DNA from: Planctomycetota bacterium
GTDB taxonomy: Bacteria; Planctomycetota; UBA1135; UBA2386
Reading direction: 5' to 3'
Assembly: GCA_965223545.1 (NCBI GenBank)
Contig: OZ245006.1
Coordinates: forward strand, 320,001 to 384,000
Length of the DNA stretch: 64,000 nucleotides
Position numbers and translations under genes: made by a program. Shown here one piece after another: positions 51,786 through 61,914 of the stretch; the stretch's first letter is position 1, and every line of letters starts with the position of its first letter. The notes under the pieces are model-generated. The model saw nothing but the letters and a program-made list of their open reading frames with translations, had not been told where the DNA came from and did no database searches.

Positions 51786-53810
51786 CTACTTCTCTTCCTG
51801 AGCGCGCTTGTACGCCGCGACGATCTCGGCCTGGAGGTTGGACGGCACCTGCTCGAAGTTGGCTGGTGTCATCGTGAACGAGCCCTCGCCGGCGGTGATC
51901 GACCGCAGCTGTGTCGCGTACTCCTGCATCTCCTTGAGCGGGACCTGGGCGCGGATTTCCTGGATCCCGTCGGTCACTTCCATCCCTGCCAGCCGACCGC
52001 GGATGCTCGACAGGTTGCCGGCGACGTCACCGGTGAAGCGCTCGGGCACGTGGATGACCACGTCCATGATCGGCTCCAGCAGGATCGGCTTGGCCTTGGC
52101 GAAGGCGTCGGCAAACCCGCGCTCGCCGGCCAGCTGGAACGAGATCTGGTCGGAGTCGACGTCGTGGAACTTGCCGTCGTAGATCTCGGCACTGACGTCG
52201 ACCACCGGGCAGCCCGCCAATCCGCCCTTGTCCAGGAACTTGCGGATGCCCTTTTCCACTTCCGGGATGAACTGCCGCGGGATCGAGCCGCCGACGATGC
52301 TGTCGATGAACTCGAAGCCGGCGCCTTGCTCGCGCGGCGCGATGCGCATGTAGACCTCGCCGAACTGACCCTTGCCGCCCGACTGCTTCTTGTGGCGGTG
52401 ATGGCCCTCGGCCTTGGCCGTCACGGTCTCGCGGTACGGGATCTTCGGCGTCCGGTGCTCGCTGTTGACGCCGTAGCGGCGGAGCAGACGCGCCAACTGC
52501 AATTCCAAGTGCAAAGGACTCAGCCCGGAGACGATCAGCTCGCCGGTGATCGGGTGCCGTTCGACCCGGAACGTCGGGTCCTCGGCCGACAGCTTCTCCA
52601 GACCTTCGTTGATCTTCTGTTCGTCGCCGCGACTCTTCGGGGTGACCGCGAACGACGACGCCGGCGGCGGATAATCAGGCGTCGGAAACTGGATGGCGTG
52701 GCCATCGGCAGTCACCGTGTCGCCCAGGTCGAGCGTCTCCAGCTTGCCCACCGCGAACAGGTCACCGGCCTGCACCGAGCTGGCCGCGACGAGCTCCGCG
52801 CCCTTCGCCATCAGCACCCCGCCGACCCGGTCGTGCTTCTCGGTGCGGACGTTGAAGAAGCCGTCCTCGGCCTTCATCGAGCCACGCAGGCAGCGCAAGT
52901 AGGAGACGCGCCCGACGTACGGGTCGACCACGACCTTGTACACCTTCGCGGCAAACGGCTGATCGGTCGCCGGCTCGACGAGTTGTTCGAAGCTCTCACT
53001 GCCCGGCGCGCCCGCGTTGCGCGGGCCGAACTGGACCGGCGACGCGAAGTACTCGTTGACGACCTTGCACATCGCCATGAGCCCGTGGTCCTTGTTTGGC
53101 GTCAGCGTGAACATCGGCACCAACTTGCCGAGCGCCACCGCCGTGGTGAAGTGCTCGTGCAGCGCGTCCTCGTCGATGCTCCCGTTCTCCAGGTACGCCT
53201 CGAGCACGTCGTCATCGGCCTCGGCGACCCTCTCCTCCAGGCGCTCGCGGAACTCCGCCGCCCGCGGCCCCTCGTTGGCCAACACGTTGTGCACGGTCTG
53301 CATCGCGGGACCACTGGCGTCGGGATAGCTCACCGGCACGACCACGTCGCCAAACACCTCGGTCAGCGCCTCGAGCGCCTCGTCGAAGTCGGTGTTCTCG
53401 GCATCCATGTGGGTGAGCACGATGGCCCGGCCAACGCCAGCCTTGCCGGCCTCCGCCCAGAGCCGGCGGCCGTGGAACGTCGGCCCCCCCGCCGCGCTGA
53501 CGAACAGCAGCGCGTTCTCCACCACGTTGACCGCCGAGATCACGTCGGCGACGAAATCCGAGTGGCCGGGAGTGTCGATGACGTTGTAGCGGCAACCGTC
53601 GACCTCGAAGCCCAACACGTGCGAGGTCAGCGTCTGCTTGCGCTCCTTCTCCTCGGGCTCGGTGTTGCTGATGCTGCTGCCGTCGGCCGAATCGCCGCGC
53701 CGGTTGGCGGCTCCGCTTTTCAGCGCCAGGGCGTCGACGAGCGCGGTCTTCCCGGTCCCACCGTGGCCGATCAAAACGAGGTTGCGAACGTCTTGCGCGG
53801 CATGTGCCAT
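51786..53810 (-). CDS. fusA: Elongation factor G-like protein (EF-G2 type)
   Basis: 'GHGGTGKT', 'DTPGH', 'YRET', 'HKKQSGGKGQFG', 'FHDVDS', 'LLEP'; divergent G2 and G4 motifs indicate a second, non-canonical copy. Confidence 0.9.
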   Translation of the reverse strand: MAHAAQDVRNLVLIGHGGTGKTALVDALALKSGAANRRGDSADGSSISNTEPEEKERKQTLTSHVLGFEVDGCRYNVIDTPGHSDFVADVISAVNVVENALLFVSAAGGPTFHGRRLWAEAGKAGVGRAIVLTHMDAENTDFDEALEALTEVFGDVVVPVSYPDASGPAMQTVHNVLANEGPRAAEFRERLEERVAEADDDVLEAYLENGSIDEDALHEHFTTAVALGKLVPMFTLTPNKDHGLMAMCKVVNEYFASPVQFGPRNAGAPGSESFEQLVEPATDQPFAAKVYKVVVDPYVGRVSYLRCLRGSMKAEDGFFNVRTEKHDRVGGVLMAKGAELVAASSVQAGDLFAVGKLETLDLGDTVTADGHAIQFPTPDYPPPASSFAVTPKSRGDEQKINEGLEKLSAEDPTFRVERHPITGELIVSGLSPLHLELQLARLLRRYGVNSEHRTPKIPYRETVTAKAEGHHRHKKQSGGKGQFGEVYMRIAPREQGAGFEFIDSIVGGSIPRQFIPEVEKGIRKFLDKGGLAGCPVVDVSAEIYDGKFHDVDSDQISFQLAGERGFADAFAKAKPILLEPIMDVVIHVPERFTGDVAGNLSSIRGRLAGMEVTDGIQEIRAQVPLKEMQEYATQLRSITAGEGSFTMTPANFEQVPSNLQAEIVAAYKRAQEEK

Positions 53811-53994
53811 CTGCTGCTCCGTACTACAATTGGACCAAAGGGCCGGTGAGCCGGGCGGACGGCCCACGGCTCCACCCGCGTCGCGACGCCGGGCAGAGGC
53901 GGCGGACTATAGGCGCCATGGGCGTGAGAATCCCACCTCACGCCACGAGTTTGGGCCGGCCCGCGGCCGGCCCTTTCTGCGGCTCGAGCGCGGC

Positions 53995-54663
53995 CTACAG
54001 CGGATCGCCGACGACGATCTCGACGCGCCGGTTGCGGGCCTTCGCCTGCTCACCGCCGCCGCCGTCGACCGGATCGTTGGGGCCAAAACCCACGATCACG
54101 ACCTGGGAGGGGTCGATGCCCCCGACCCGCACCAGGTGGTCGGCGACCGCGTCGGCGCGCTCGGCCGACAAGTGGCGGTTGGTGCGGAAGGAGGACTTGC
54201 GGATCGGATCGGTATCGGTGTGGCCCTCGACGTAGATGCGGCGTTCGGGGAAGCGGCGCCGCAAGACATCGGCGACCCGCCGCAGCACGCCGTCAGCGGT
54301 CGATTTCAGGTCCGAGCTGCCGGACGCGAACGTCACGGTGTTCTCGATACCGATCGAGACCCGGCCACGGCTGTAGCGCACGTCGAGATCGGCCAGCTCG
54401 CTGCGCAGCCCACCGAGATCGTCGACCTCCTGCGCCGGCTCGGGTGTGGTGTTGAGCTGGTTGCGCAGCGAGTCCACCTCACCGCGCGCCAGCCGCTCCC
54501 GGCGCGCGAGATCCGCGTTGGCAGCCCGCTGCTCGGCGAGATCCTCGGTCAGCTCGCGGATCGTGGTGTCACGATCGCGCAGCAAGTCTTGGTATTTGGC
54601 AGTGCAGCTGCCGAGCGTAGCGCTCGCGACAGCCATCAGAATCAGCATGGGGATGCGTCTCAT
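53995..54663 (-). CDS. OmpA/MotB-family peptidoglycan-binding lipoprotein with coiled coil
   Basis: Lipobox 'TLGSC', coiled coil, 'VEGHTD', 'NRHLSAERA', 'NRRVEI'. Confidence 0.9.
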   Translation of the reverse strand: MRRIPMLILMAVASATLGSCTAKYQDLLRDRDTTIRELTEDLAEQRAANADLARRERLARGEVDSLRNQLNTTPEPAQEVDDLGGLRSELADLDVRYSRGRVSIGIENTVTFASGSSDLKSTADGVLRRVADVLRRRFPERRIYVEGHTDTDPIRKSSFRTNRHLSAERADAVADHLVRVGGIDPSQVVIVGFGPNDPVDGGGGEQAKARNRRVEIVVGDPL

Positions 54664-54705
54664 CGAAGGAGTTCCTCCAGTTGAGGGAGCACGGTCAATC
54701 GAGGG

Positions 54706-55665
54706 TCAGGACGCGCGTCCACGGCGCACGAGAACGAACAAGGAGACCAGGCACAGGACCGCGGTGATCGCCGCGACCCAAGCCGCGCTCGGGCCGCTGC
54801 GCTGCCAGTCTTGCAGACCGCGCAGCATGCGGTCGAGCACGTCCCCCGCCAACAGCGTGGTCAACGCACCAGCCGCGAGGAACGGTCCGAAGAAGATGTA
54901 GGCGTCGCCGGTCAGGCGACGGTGCACGACGCCGACCACGGCGCCGTAGACACTTCCCAGGAAGAAGGTGGTCACCACGCCTTCCCAGCCGAGAAAGGCG
55001 CCGATCCCGGCCATCAGCTTGACGTCGCCGTAGCCCATGGCCTCGCGGCGAAACAGCGCCCGCGCACCCCGGCGCACGGCGTCGGTCAGGCCGTAGCCCA
55101 CGGCGGCGCCGGCGGCCGCAAACAGCAGCTCGCGCACCGCGGGCGACACTCCCAAGAGCGAGATCGCGCCCGGAAAGCCCGGCACCAACAGCGCCCCCAC
55201 CAGACCGACGACCACCGTGGTCTTGGTCAGCGCGTCCGGCAGGATGCGATGGTCGATGTCGATGAACGTGTTGGCGATGAGGGTCGCGACGAAGAAGGCG
55301 TAGAGCAAAAACGCCGCCACAGCCGCGCCATCCACGCGACCGTCGACGACCAGCGGGCCGCCCGGCGCGAGCCAGCAGAGCGCGGCAAAAAGCACCGCCG
55401 TCAGCAGCTCCACCGCGGGGTAGCGCGCGCTGATCCGCGCCCCGCAGCAGCGCGCGCGGCCGCGCAGCAGGAGCCAACCGACGATCGGCAGATTGTCGTA
55501 CCAGGCGATCGGTGCGCCGCACGCGGGGTTGGCGCAGCGCGAGCGCGCCCCACCCGAGAAGAACGTGCCGTTGGGCAGCCTGTAGATGACGACGTTGAGA
55601 AACGAGCCGACGACCGCGCCAAGCAGCGCTCCCGCTGCCAGCAACCAACCGTCCAGGCCCACCAT
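54706..55665 (-). CDS. pilD: Prepilin peptidase / N-methyltransferase
   Basis: 'GSFLNVVIYRLP', Cys cluster 'RSRC...C', 'YPAVELLT', 'FIDID', 'MGYGDVKL', 'FGPFL'. Confidence 0.95.
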   Translation of the reverse strand: MVGLDGWLLAAGALLGAVVGSFLNVVIYRLPNGTFFSGGARSRCANPACGAPIAWYDNLPIVGWLLLRGRARCCGARISARYPAVELLTAVLFAALCWLAPGGPLVVDGRVDGAAVAAFLLYAFFVATLIANTFIDIDHRILPDALTKTTVVVGLVGALLVPGFPGAISLLGVSPAVRELLFAAAGAAVGYGLTDAVRRGARALFRREAMGYGDVKLMAGIGAFLGWEGVVTTFFLGSVYGAVVGVVHRRLTGDAYIFFGPFLAAGALTTLLAGDVLDRMLRGLQDWQRSGPSAAWVAAITAVLCLVSLFVLVRRGRAS

Positions 55666-55829
55666 CTACCGCCATGCCTCCACGTCACTCGAGCGGTTGG
55701 AAGGACGTCCCGGCGCTGACCCGCCGGAGGAACGACCGCTCGATCACAACACCGAGAGCCTAGCCAACCGGCATGCCAAGGTCCATTGTCCGCCGGAACT
55801 CATGGCCGCGAGGGGGCCGCTTCGTTGGG

Positions 55830-57761
55830 TCAGTAGAGCGTGACCGAGCGGAGGGTCGGGAGCGGCGCACCCGGGTGCACGTCGGCGGTGAGGAAGAACC
55901 TGACGAAGCCGCCGGATGGCACCTCGACCGCAGCCGACAGGGGCAAGCCGAGCGGCGGCGACAGCTGCCCCTCGGCATCGGCGGGACGCCCCGGGGCCGT
56001 GGCGTCCGGGGCGGCGAACTGGAGGGAGACGCGCACGCCGGGGTCGCCGGCCGCCACCACCTCGCGGACCCGCGTCGCGCCGCGGGGCAGGGGAATCCAG
56101 CTGGTCACCGCCGCCGCTCTGACTGCACCGGGGCCGCCCCAAGCGCCGAGCATCGGGGCCAGCCGCACCCAGAGCACCGACTGCTGCGAGCTGCCGGCCA
56201 CCGCCCCGCGATCGTCGGTGGCCAGCACCGTCCGCGGCGGCACCGTTCCGACCAGGCCGATGCCACCGCCGGCGATCAGCAGCAGCCGCGATCCCGCCTC
56301 GCCATCCACCGCATCGCCGTCTCGGATTGCGCCGGCGACCAGGATGTCCCCGCCGGCCACGACCACCGCTCCGCATTCCTCGATCAGCCGCGCGGCAGCG
56401 ACCTCCATGCCCTGGGTCGGCCAGGTGCCGCTCGGCGCGCCCTCGACGATGAGAACCCCCTCGATGTGCACCGAGCCGCGCACCCGGATGCGGGGCGGAC
56501 GATCCCCGCGCGCCCGCAACCGCACCGTCACCCCCTTGGGAATGACCACGCCGGCGAAGTCGAACCAGTCGCCATCGGCGCGCACGCGCACTCCGTCGCC
56601 GCGGTCGAACGGTTGCCCGATCACGAGGTCGGTCGAGGCACTGGGTGCGAATACCCCGAGTCCGCCACCGCCCGCCAACGTCCGCACTCGGGGCACCGCG
56701 GCTCCCGCGCGCGCCTCGAAGCCGAGCGCAGCCGGGTCGGTCGGGGCCAGGCCGAGACTGCCGTTGAACGACTCGACCAGCAGCGGGACGCGCGCCCCCG
56801 CGAACACCTCGACCAACAGCTTGAGGCCGAGGAGCTCCATCCGTTCGACACCCCCGGCCCCCCGGGTGACCACCTGGTGCGGCGGTTGTCCGGCGGGATC
56901 GCGAACGCACACCGCCTCGTCCGCCACCAGCTCGAGGCCGCAGTACCCCGGGCCAGCGACCGGCGGACTGTCGAACTCGAGCTCCACGACCCACGGCGCC
57001 TGGCCGTAGGGAGCGTCTACCTGCCGCAACCGGGTCTCGCGCGGTTGGAGTGGCGCCTGCACCGCGCCGTTGTCGCCGACCCGGTAGAGTCGGAACGCGG
57101 CCGGCGTGATCGTCGTCGGCAGCGGCGCCTCGTGAAACATCAGCCGGAGGACCCGGCTGTCGGCGGCCATCGCCAGCGAATCGCCGTCCAGCGCGAAGCC
57201 GTACGGGCTGGTCGCGGCCTTGAGCAACGGCGCCGGCTTGGCGTCGACACCGACCGCGCGGAAGCGGCGCGTGAAGCCCTCGTCGAGCACGCGCCCGGCG
57301 CGCGAGCGCACCGCATTGGCGATCGGAAAGCCCCGCACTTCGAGCCGGTATTCCTCGCCGGGCCGAAAGCTGCCGTCGTCGAGCGCGGGAGTCACCGGCG
57401 CACGGGGCACGAACGTCACCGCGTGCGACGAAACCCGCAGCTTGCCCTCGACGCGCTGGCCGAACGCGTCCAGCACGCGCACGGTGTCCGGCGTCACCGA
57501 GATCCGCTCCACCGGATCGTTGAAGCGGACCTCGATCTCCTGATTGAGATAGATCGCCGCGGCGCCGCCGGCCTCTGATTGCGGGAACACGTGGACCGCG
57601 ACGAACGGCCTCACCCGCCGGTCATCGGGTCGGTCGCAGGCGCCGAGCGCCAAGAGGGCGAGGGCGAGGGCGAGCCCACCCGCGACCACCACCGTCCCGC
57701 CGGCGCGGCGGCGGCGTTGCGATGGCTGCGGGGTCGCCTCGAAAACCATTTGGGGAATCAT
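55830..57761 (-). CDS. Surface lipoprotein C (Ig-like domains, degenerate Gly-rich region, shared C-terminal domain)
   Basis: Lipobox 'ALGAC'; 'LNQEIEVRFNDPV...VTPDTV', 'FRPGEEYRL'; C-terminal 'FVRFFL...PLPTLRSVTLY'. Confidence 0.75.
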   Translation of the reverse strand: MIPQMVFEATPQPSQRRRRAGGTVVVAGGLALALALLALGACDRPDDRRVRPFVAVHVFPQSEAGGAAAIYLNQEIEVRFNDPVERISVTPDTVRVLDAFGQRVEGKLRVSSHAVTFVPRAPVTPALDDGSFRPGEEYRLEVRGFPIANAVRSRAGRVLDEGFTRRFRAVGVDAKPAPLLKAATSPYGFALDGDSLAMAADSRVLRLMFHEAPLPTTITPAAFRLYRVGDNGAVQAPLQPRETRLRQVDAPYGQAPWVVELEFDSPPVAGPGYCGLELVADEAVCVRDPAGQPPHQVVTRGAGGVERMELLGLKLLVEVFAGARVPLLVESFNGSLGLAPTDPAALGFEARAGAAVPRVRTLAGGGGLGVFAPSASTDLVIGQPFDRGDGVRVRADGDWFDFAGVVIPKGVTVRLRARGDRPPRIRVRGSVHIEGVLIVEGAPSGTWPTQGMEVAAARLIEECGAVVVAGGDILVAGAIRDGDAVDGEAGSRLLLIAGGGIGLVGTVPPRTVLATDDRGAVAGSSQQSVLWVRLAPMLGAWGGPGAVRAAAVTSWIPLPRGATRVREVVAAGDPGVRVSLQFAAPDATAPGRPADAEGQLSPPLGLPLSAAVEVPSGGFVRFFLTADVHPGAPLPTLRSVTLY

Positions 57762-57826
57762 CGACGAATCGGCGTCTGGACTCCTCGGTGTGGCCGGGAA
57801 ATCGCGATTCGCCCTGATTAACCGAA

Positions 57827-57860
57827 CGCGGCCCGGATCGCCAGATGGCGCCGGGCCGCG
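57827..57860 (-). terminator. Hairpin downstream of the 1308-aa lipoprotein gene
   Basis: CGCGGCCCGG-AT-CGCCA-GA-TGGCG-CCGGGCCGCG; followed on the minus strand by TTCGGTTAAT. Confidence 0.5.
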
Positions 57861-57896
57861 GCCGGTGGGCAGATCGCCCGGATCAGGCGCCTCGGC

Positions 57897-60800
57897 TCAG
57901 AGGCCCTCGTAGCGGAACACGACCGCCAGGCTGCGCAGCGACGGCGACACCGCCGGCGCACTGACGATGTTGTTCTCGAACACGATCCGCATGTTCGCGT
58001 AGCGCGGCAGCAAACCGGCGGGATCGCGCACTCGATCGAGGCCCTCTTCGGTCACGTAGGGCGTCAGGCCCGACGCGCGCACGCGCGGGTTCGTCGCGGT
58101 CTCCTGGCTGAAGCTCGGGTCCCAGTTCGGCGTCGCGTAGCGGTACGCCTCACAGGCGTAGTTCGGGTTCAGCAAGTTGCCGAACGTCCCCAACGGGCTG
58201 GTCGTGGTCGGGATCGCTGCCGGGTCGTTCGGATCGTAGAACACATCCGCCCGATCGAAGTCGTCCACGAAGCGGAACTCGATCCGCACCGAGGTGCCGG
58301 CCGGCTGCTGCGCATCCGGCGGATCCTGCACGGTGATCAGATCGCGCACCCCGTTGGCCAGCGGAACCAAGTTGGGGAAGCCCTCTTGGCTGGTGCTGCC
58401 CGACCAGGGCGCGATCTGGTACGCGTTCGGCCGCAAGGTGTCGAAGAACCCGTACGTCACGCTGGACACCCGCCGCACGAAGTCGGCCTGCGCCCAGTGC
58501 AAGTGGTCGTCGCCGAACGGCGCGCGGCGCACACCCTTGACCGGATCGCCGATGCCCGGGTTGAAGATGAAGCCGCCCGTCGCGCGGAACTCGTTGGCCG
58601 GATCGACGAAGATCTCGTTGTCGAGGATGTCGATGCCGCCGCTCGAGTGGACGCGGAACGCCGGCCACAACACGCCGTTGCAGCCGGGCACGCCACCACT
58701 GGCGTTCAGGTTGTAGAAGCCACCGGGTCCGCCGGGGAACGGCGCCCAGCATGGGCCGACCATGGCGATGTGCTGGCTGTTGGCGCCGCTGGCCAGGCCG
58801 TTGACCGGGCTGTCGGGGAAGGTCATGAACTCGACCAACAGCGGCATCGCGATCGGATCGTGGTCGCGCCGGCGATGGCCGAGGAAGTCACCCGCATCCA
58901 CATCCCAGGTGGTGCCGGTGAAGCCGGCCGGAATGCCGGGCCCCGCCGGGTTGGCCGGGTCCTGTGGGAACTCGAACGCCCACGGCGAAGAGATGTGCGC
59001 AGTGCGATCTCGGGACGGGAACACACCGTCGGGCAGCTTGGCGCCCGACAGCCCGATCGCGGAGTCGTTGGCCATGTCCCACGACACCAGCCGCGAATCG
59101 CGCCACGTGTAGGTGGTCTCGAACGTCGGGTACGGCGTGAACAGCGTGCCGGTGCTGGCCGACCGGAACGAGTCGTTGGGACTGAGCTGGTAGACCTTGT
59201 CCACCACCACGTCGACGCGTTGCGTGCCCTCGAGGTAGTTCGACTCGAACACGTCGGTCAAACCGCTGAACGCCGACGCGCAGTCGAAGTCGCAGGTCGC
59301 CGCCGCCGCCCCCTGCACGAACACCAGGTTGTACAGCAGGTCCGGCCGCCAATCGGCGTGGGCCAGCGACATCGTCATCCGATCGAACGTGTCGAAATCG
59401 ACCTGGTCGCCATTCCACGGCGCCCAGTGCAGCTGCTCGACGTCGATCATCATGCTCGACGGGTCGGTGTAGGAGAGCGAGAAGTCGTCCTCCCGATAGG
59501 TCATCTGCAGCCGCGACCCGCGCGGGTTGAGCGGCTCCAACACACCACCGAACACCACCGGCGTGCCAACGACGAAGGGCGCCGGCGGCTGGAAGATGGT
59601 CACCACGTGCGTCGGGCACTGGTACAGCTGGCCCGGAGGCCAGATGGTGGGGTCCGGCGGCGTGGTCGTCGGCACCGGCTGGGCTTGAGGATCCCAGCAG
59701 GAGCCCTGGTTGAAGCGCTGGATGCCGGCCAGGTTCGCCGCGTCGGCGGTTTGCTGGAACCGGCTGGTCTCGGCGCCGCTCAACCGGCCATCGATCAGCT
59801 GGAACTGACCGAAGAAGTCGACCGAGCCCGGCACCGTGCCGTCCTCGTCCGCGCTCTCGAAGCGGAACACGCGCCCGCCCACCAAGTTCTCCTCCGCGGC
59901 AGCGTCGATCGCCACCGACACGGACAGCGAAGTCGCCGGGTTCAGGAGATTGCGGTCGAACAGGTCGACGACGTTGCCCGACAGGTCCGCCGGCGCCGGA
60001 ATCTCGCTGTCCGGATCGACGATCAGGTGCAGCCAATAGATCTCGGGCACCCCCGCCTCGTGGAAGAACCCCAGTGGCGGCACCAGCTGCAACAACGTCG
60101 CGTTGCGCTCGGCATCGACCAGCCGTGCGGGCTGGACCGACAGCCCAGCGACCTTCGGGTCGCTGAGCAGGCCGACGATGTCCGGCGACTCGAGCGGACT
60201 GACCGAGTTGTCGGTCAGCAGGAAGTTGTCGTAGCGATCGATGGTCTCGAGATCCATCGGCTCGGTGAACCGCAGCGACACCGTGGCGAACGGGTCGGGT
60301 GCGCCACTGGTCGAGCCGGACTCGACCACCACGAACTGGTCGAGGCGGTCGGCGTCCCGGACCAAGCCCGCGCCGAAGCTCGCCACGTACGGCACGTTGT
60401 GGTAGTAGCTGACGTTGACCGTGCAATCCCGCCCCGCGCCGGCTGCGGACTCGAAGGAGACGCGGTTGCCCTGCGAATCGACGGCGCTCAGCTGCGTCAC
60501 GCGCAAGCGGACCACGGGGTTGCTGCCATTGTCGGAGCCCGAGGCGTTCATGCCGAGCACCGGCATGTTGGGATCACCGACGACGCTGCCGACGTCGAGA
60601 TTCTGCACCACCTCGGCCCGGATCCGCACGGTCTCACCCGTGATCGGACTGACCACGTCCTGCAAGACGACGTCACCCGACCGCAGCGGCACTTCCGTCG
60701 GGACCTGCGCCGGCCCACCGGGCAGCCCACTGGAGGGCAACAAACCACCGTCGACGAACGGAATCCGAGCGCGGATCGCGACGTTCGCACCGCGCTTCTC

Positions 60801-61823
60801 GATCGTCAGCACGCGCTCCGCGGTGTCGACCGCGACGATGCCCATGCCGAACGAGCCCATCACCATCGGCGGATCGACGTCGCGCAGCGCGCCGACCAAA
60901 CCGTCGTCCGGGTTGCCGGAACGGAAATCGCGAATCACGGCCGGCCGACCGGCGCTGCCGATGGCGTTGAGGGCGGTGACCGAATCAGGCTCGACTTCGA
61001 GCAGCGAGGACACCGCTCCGCCCGACGGAATCGCGACGCGGATGTTCGCGGTCTCGTTGTCCAAGCTGGTCGGCAAGCCGGTGCTGGTCAGGCCGCCACC
61101 GGCCTCGGCGCCGATCAAGGTCGTGTCGATCACCAAGGACGACCCCTGCGGCAGGAAGCGCACCTGGACCGGCCGGAACGCCTGGCTCGCGCCGACCACG
61201 GCGGGATCACCGGTGAACTCCAGGACTTGCACCGCACCGGGGTTGGCGGCGAAGAACTGCTGGGAGAGACCGAGATTGCGGTCGAAGGTCAGCTTGAGAG
61301 CGGCATTGCGCGGCACCACCGGAATCGGCCGCACCACGGTGTTCTGACCACGGAACGAACCCGGCACGGTCACCAGACCGGTCTGCGCGGTGTTCAGGGC
61401 GGCGGTGAACCGCGCCCCCTCGTCCTCATCGCGGTCGTCCCACAGGATCAACAGCTCGTCGTGGCCCACCGCCACGTCGAACGGAAGAAAGCGATAGTTG
61501 GCGCCGGTGTTCTCCGCCCCGGTGGCATCGAACAGATCCTCGGACTGGATGTCCGGTCCGACCATCACGTCACGGCGGATCAACGCGGGCTCCCGGTTCA
61601 GCGTGTCCCGCCGTTCCGGGTTGGTCCGGTCGATCCGGCGGAAGGCGTAGATGTCGACCAAACGGCCGTACTCGAGGCCGATCAGTGACGCCTTGCCACC
61701 CGTTTGCGTCGGCGGCACGGCCCCGCCGGAGGAGCTCCCATCACACCCGCCGAGCACGCCGGCCCCCAGTAGAGCCAGGGCCGCGGACCAGGCGCTCGTC
61801 TTCTGTTCAACCGCTCTCTTCAT
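57897..61823 (-). CDS. Giant surface lipoprotein D (1308 aa, Ig-like domains)
   Basis: Lipobox 'VLGGC'; 'LKLTFDR', 'LRFTEPMD..TI', 'DLSGN'; C-terminal 'RYANMRIVF...PSLRSLAVVFRY'. Confidence 0.8.
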   Translation of the reverse strand: MKRAVEQKTSAWSAALALLGAGVLGGCDGSSSGGAVPPTQTGGKASLIGLEYGRLVDIYAFRRIDRTNPERRDTLNREPALIRRDVMVGPDIQSEDLFDATGAENTGANYRFLPFDVAVGHDELLILWDDRDEDEGARFTAALNTAQTGLVTVPGSFRGQNTVVRPIPVVPRNAALKLTFDRNLGLSQQFFAANPGAVQVLEFTGDPAVVGASQAFRPVQVRFLPQGSSLVIDTTLIGAEAGGGLTSTGLPTSLDNETANIRVAIPSGGAVSSLLEVEPDSVTALNAIGSAGRPAVIRDFRSGNPDDGLVGALRDVDPPMVMGSFGMGIVAVDTAERVLTIEKRGANVAIRARIPFVDGGLLPSSGLPGGPAQVPTEVPLRSGDVVLQDVVSPITGETVRIRAEVVQNLDVGSVVGDPNMPVLGMNASGSDNGSNPVVRLRVTQLSAVDSQGNRVSFESAAGAGRDCTVNVSYYHNVPYVASFGAGLVRDADRLDQFVVVESGSTSGAPDPFATVSLRFTEPMDLETIDRYDNFLLTDNSVSPLESPDIVGLLSDPKVAGLSVQPARLVDAERNATLLQLVPPLGFFHEAGVPEIYWLHLIVDPDSEIPAPADLSGNVVDLFDRNLLNPATSLSVSVAIDAAAEENLVGGRVFRFESADEDGTVPGSVDFFGQFQLIDGRLSGAETSRFQQTADAANLAGIQRFNQGSCWDPQAQPVPTTTPPDPTIWPPGQLYQCPTHVVTIFQPPAPFVVGTPVVFGGVLEPLNPRGSRLQMTYREDDFSLSYTDPSSMMIDVEQLHWAPWNGDQVDFDTFDRMTMSLAHADWRPDLLYNLVFVQGAAAATCDFDCASAFSGLTDVFESNYLEGTQRVDVVVDKVYQLSPNDSFRSASTGTLFTPYPTFETTYTWRDSRLVSWDMANDSAIGLSGAKLPDGVFPSRDRTAHISSPWAFEFPQDPANPAGPGIPAGFTGTTWDVDAGDFLGHRRRDHDPIAMPLLVEFMTFPDSPVNGLASGANSQHIAMVGPCWAPFPGGPGGFYNLNASGGVPGCNGVLWPAFRVHSSGGIDILDNEIFVDPANEFRATGGFIFNPGIGDPVKGVRRAPFGDDHLHWAQADFVRRVSSVTYGFFDTLRPNAYQIAPWSGSTSQEGFPNLVPLANGVRDLITVQDPPDAQQPAGTSVRIEFRFVDDFDRADVFYDPNDPAAIPTTTSPLGTFGNLLNPNYACEAYRYATPNWDPSFSQETATNPRVRASGLTPYVTEEGLDRVRDPAGLLPRYANMRIVFENNIVSAPAVSPSLRSLAVVFRYEGL

Positions 61824-61914
61824 GACTGTTTACTCGCTGCGAATCGCGGGGCTTGCTTCTCCGGACCTTGTTCGAACGGTGCACCGCCAAGAGCGGCACA
61901 CCTCTTGTCTCCGC

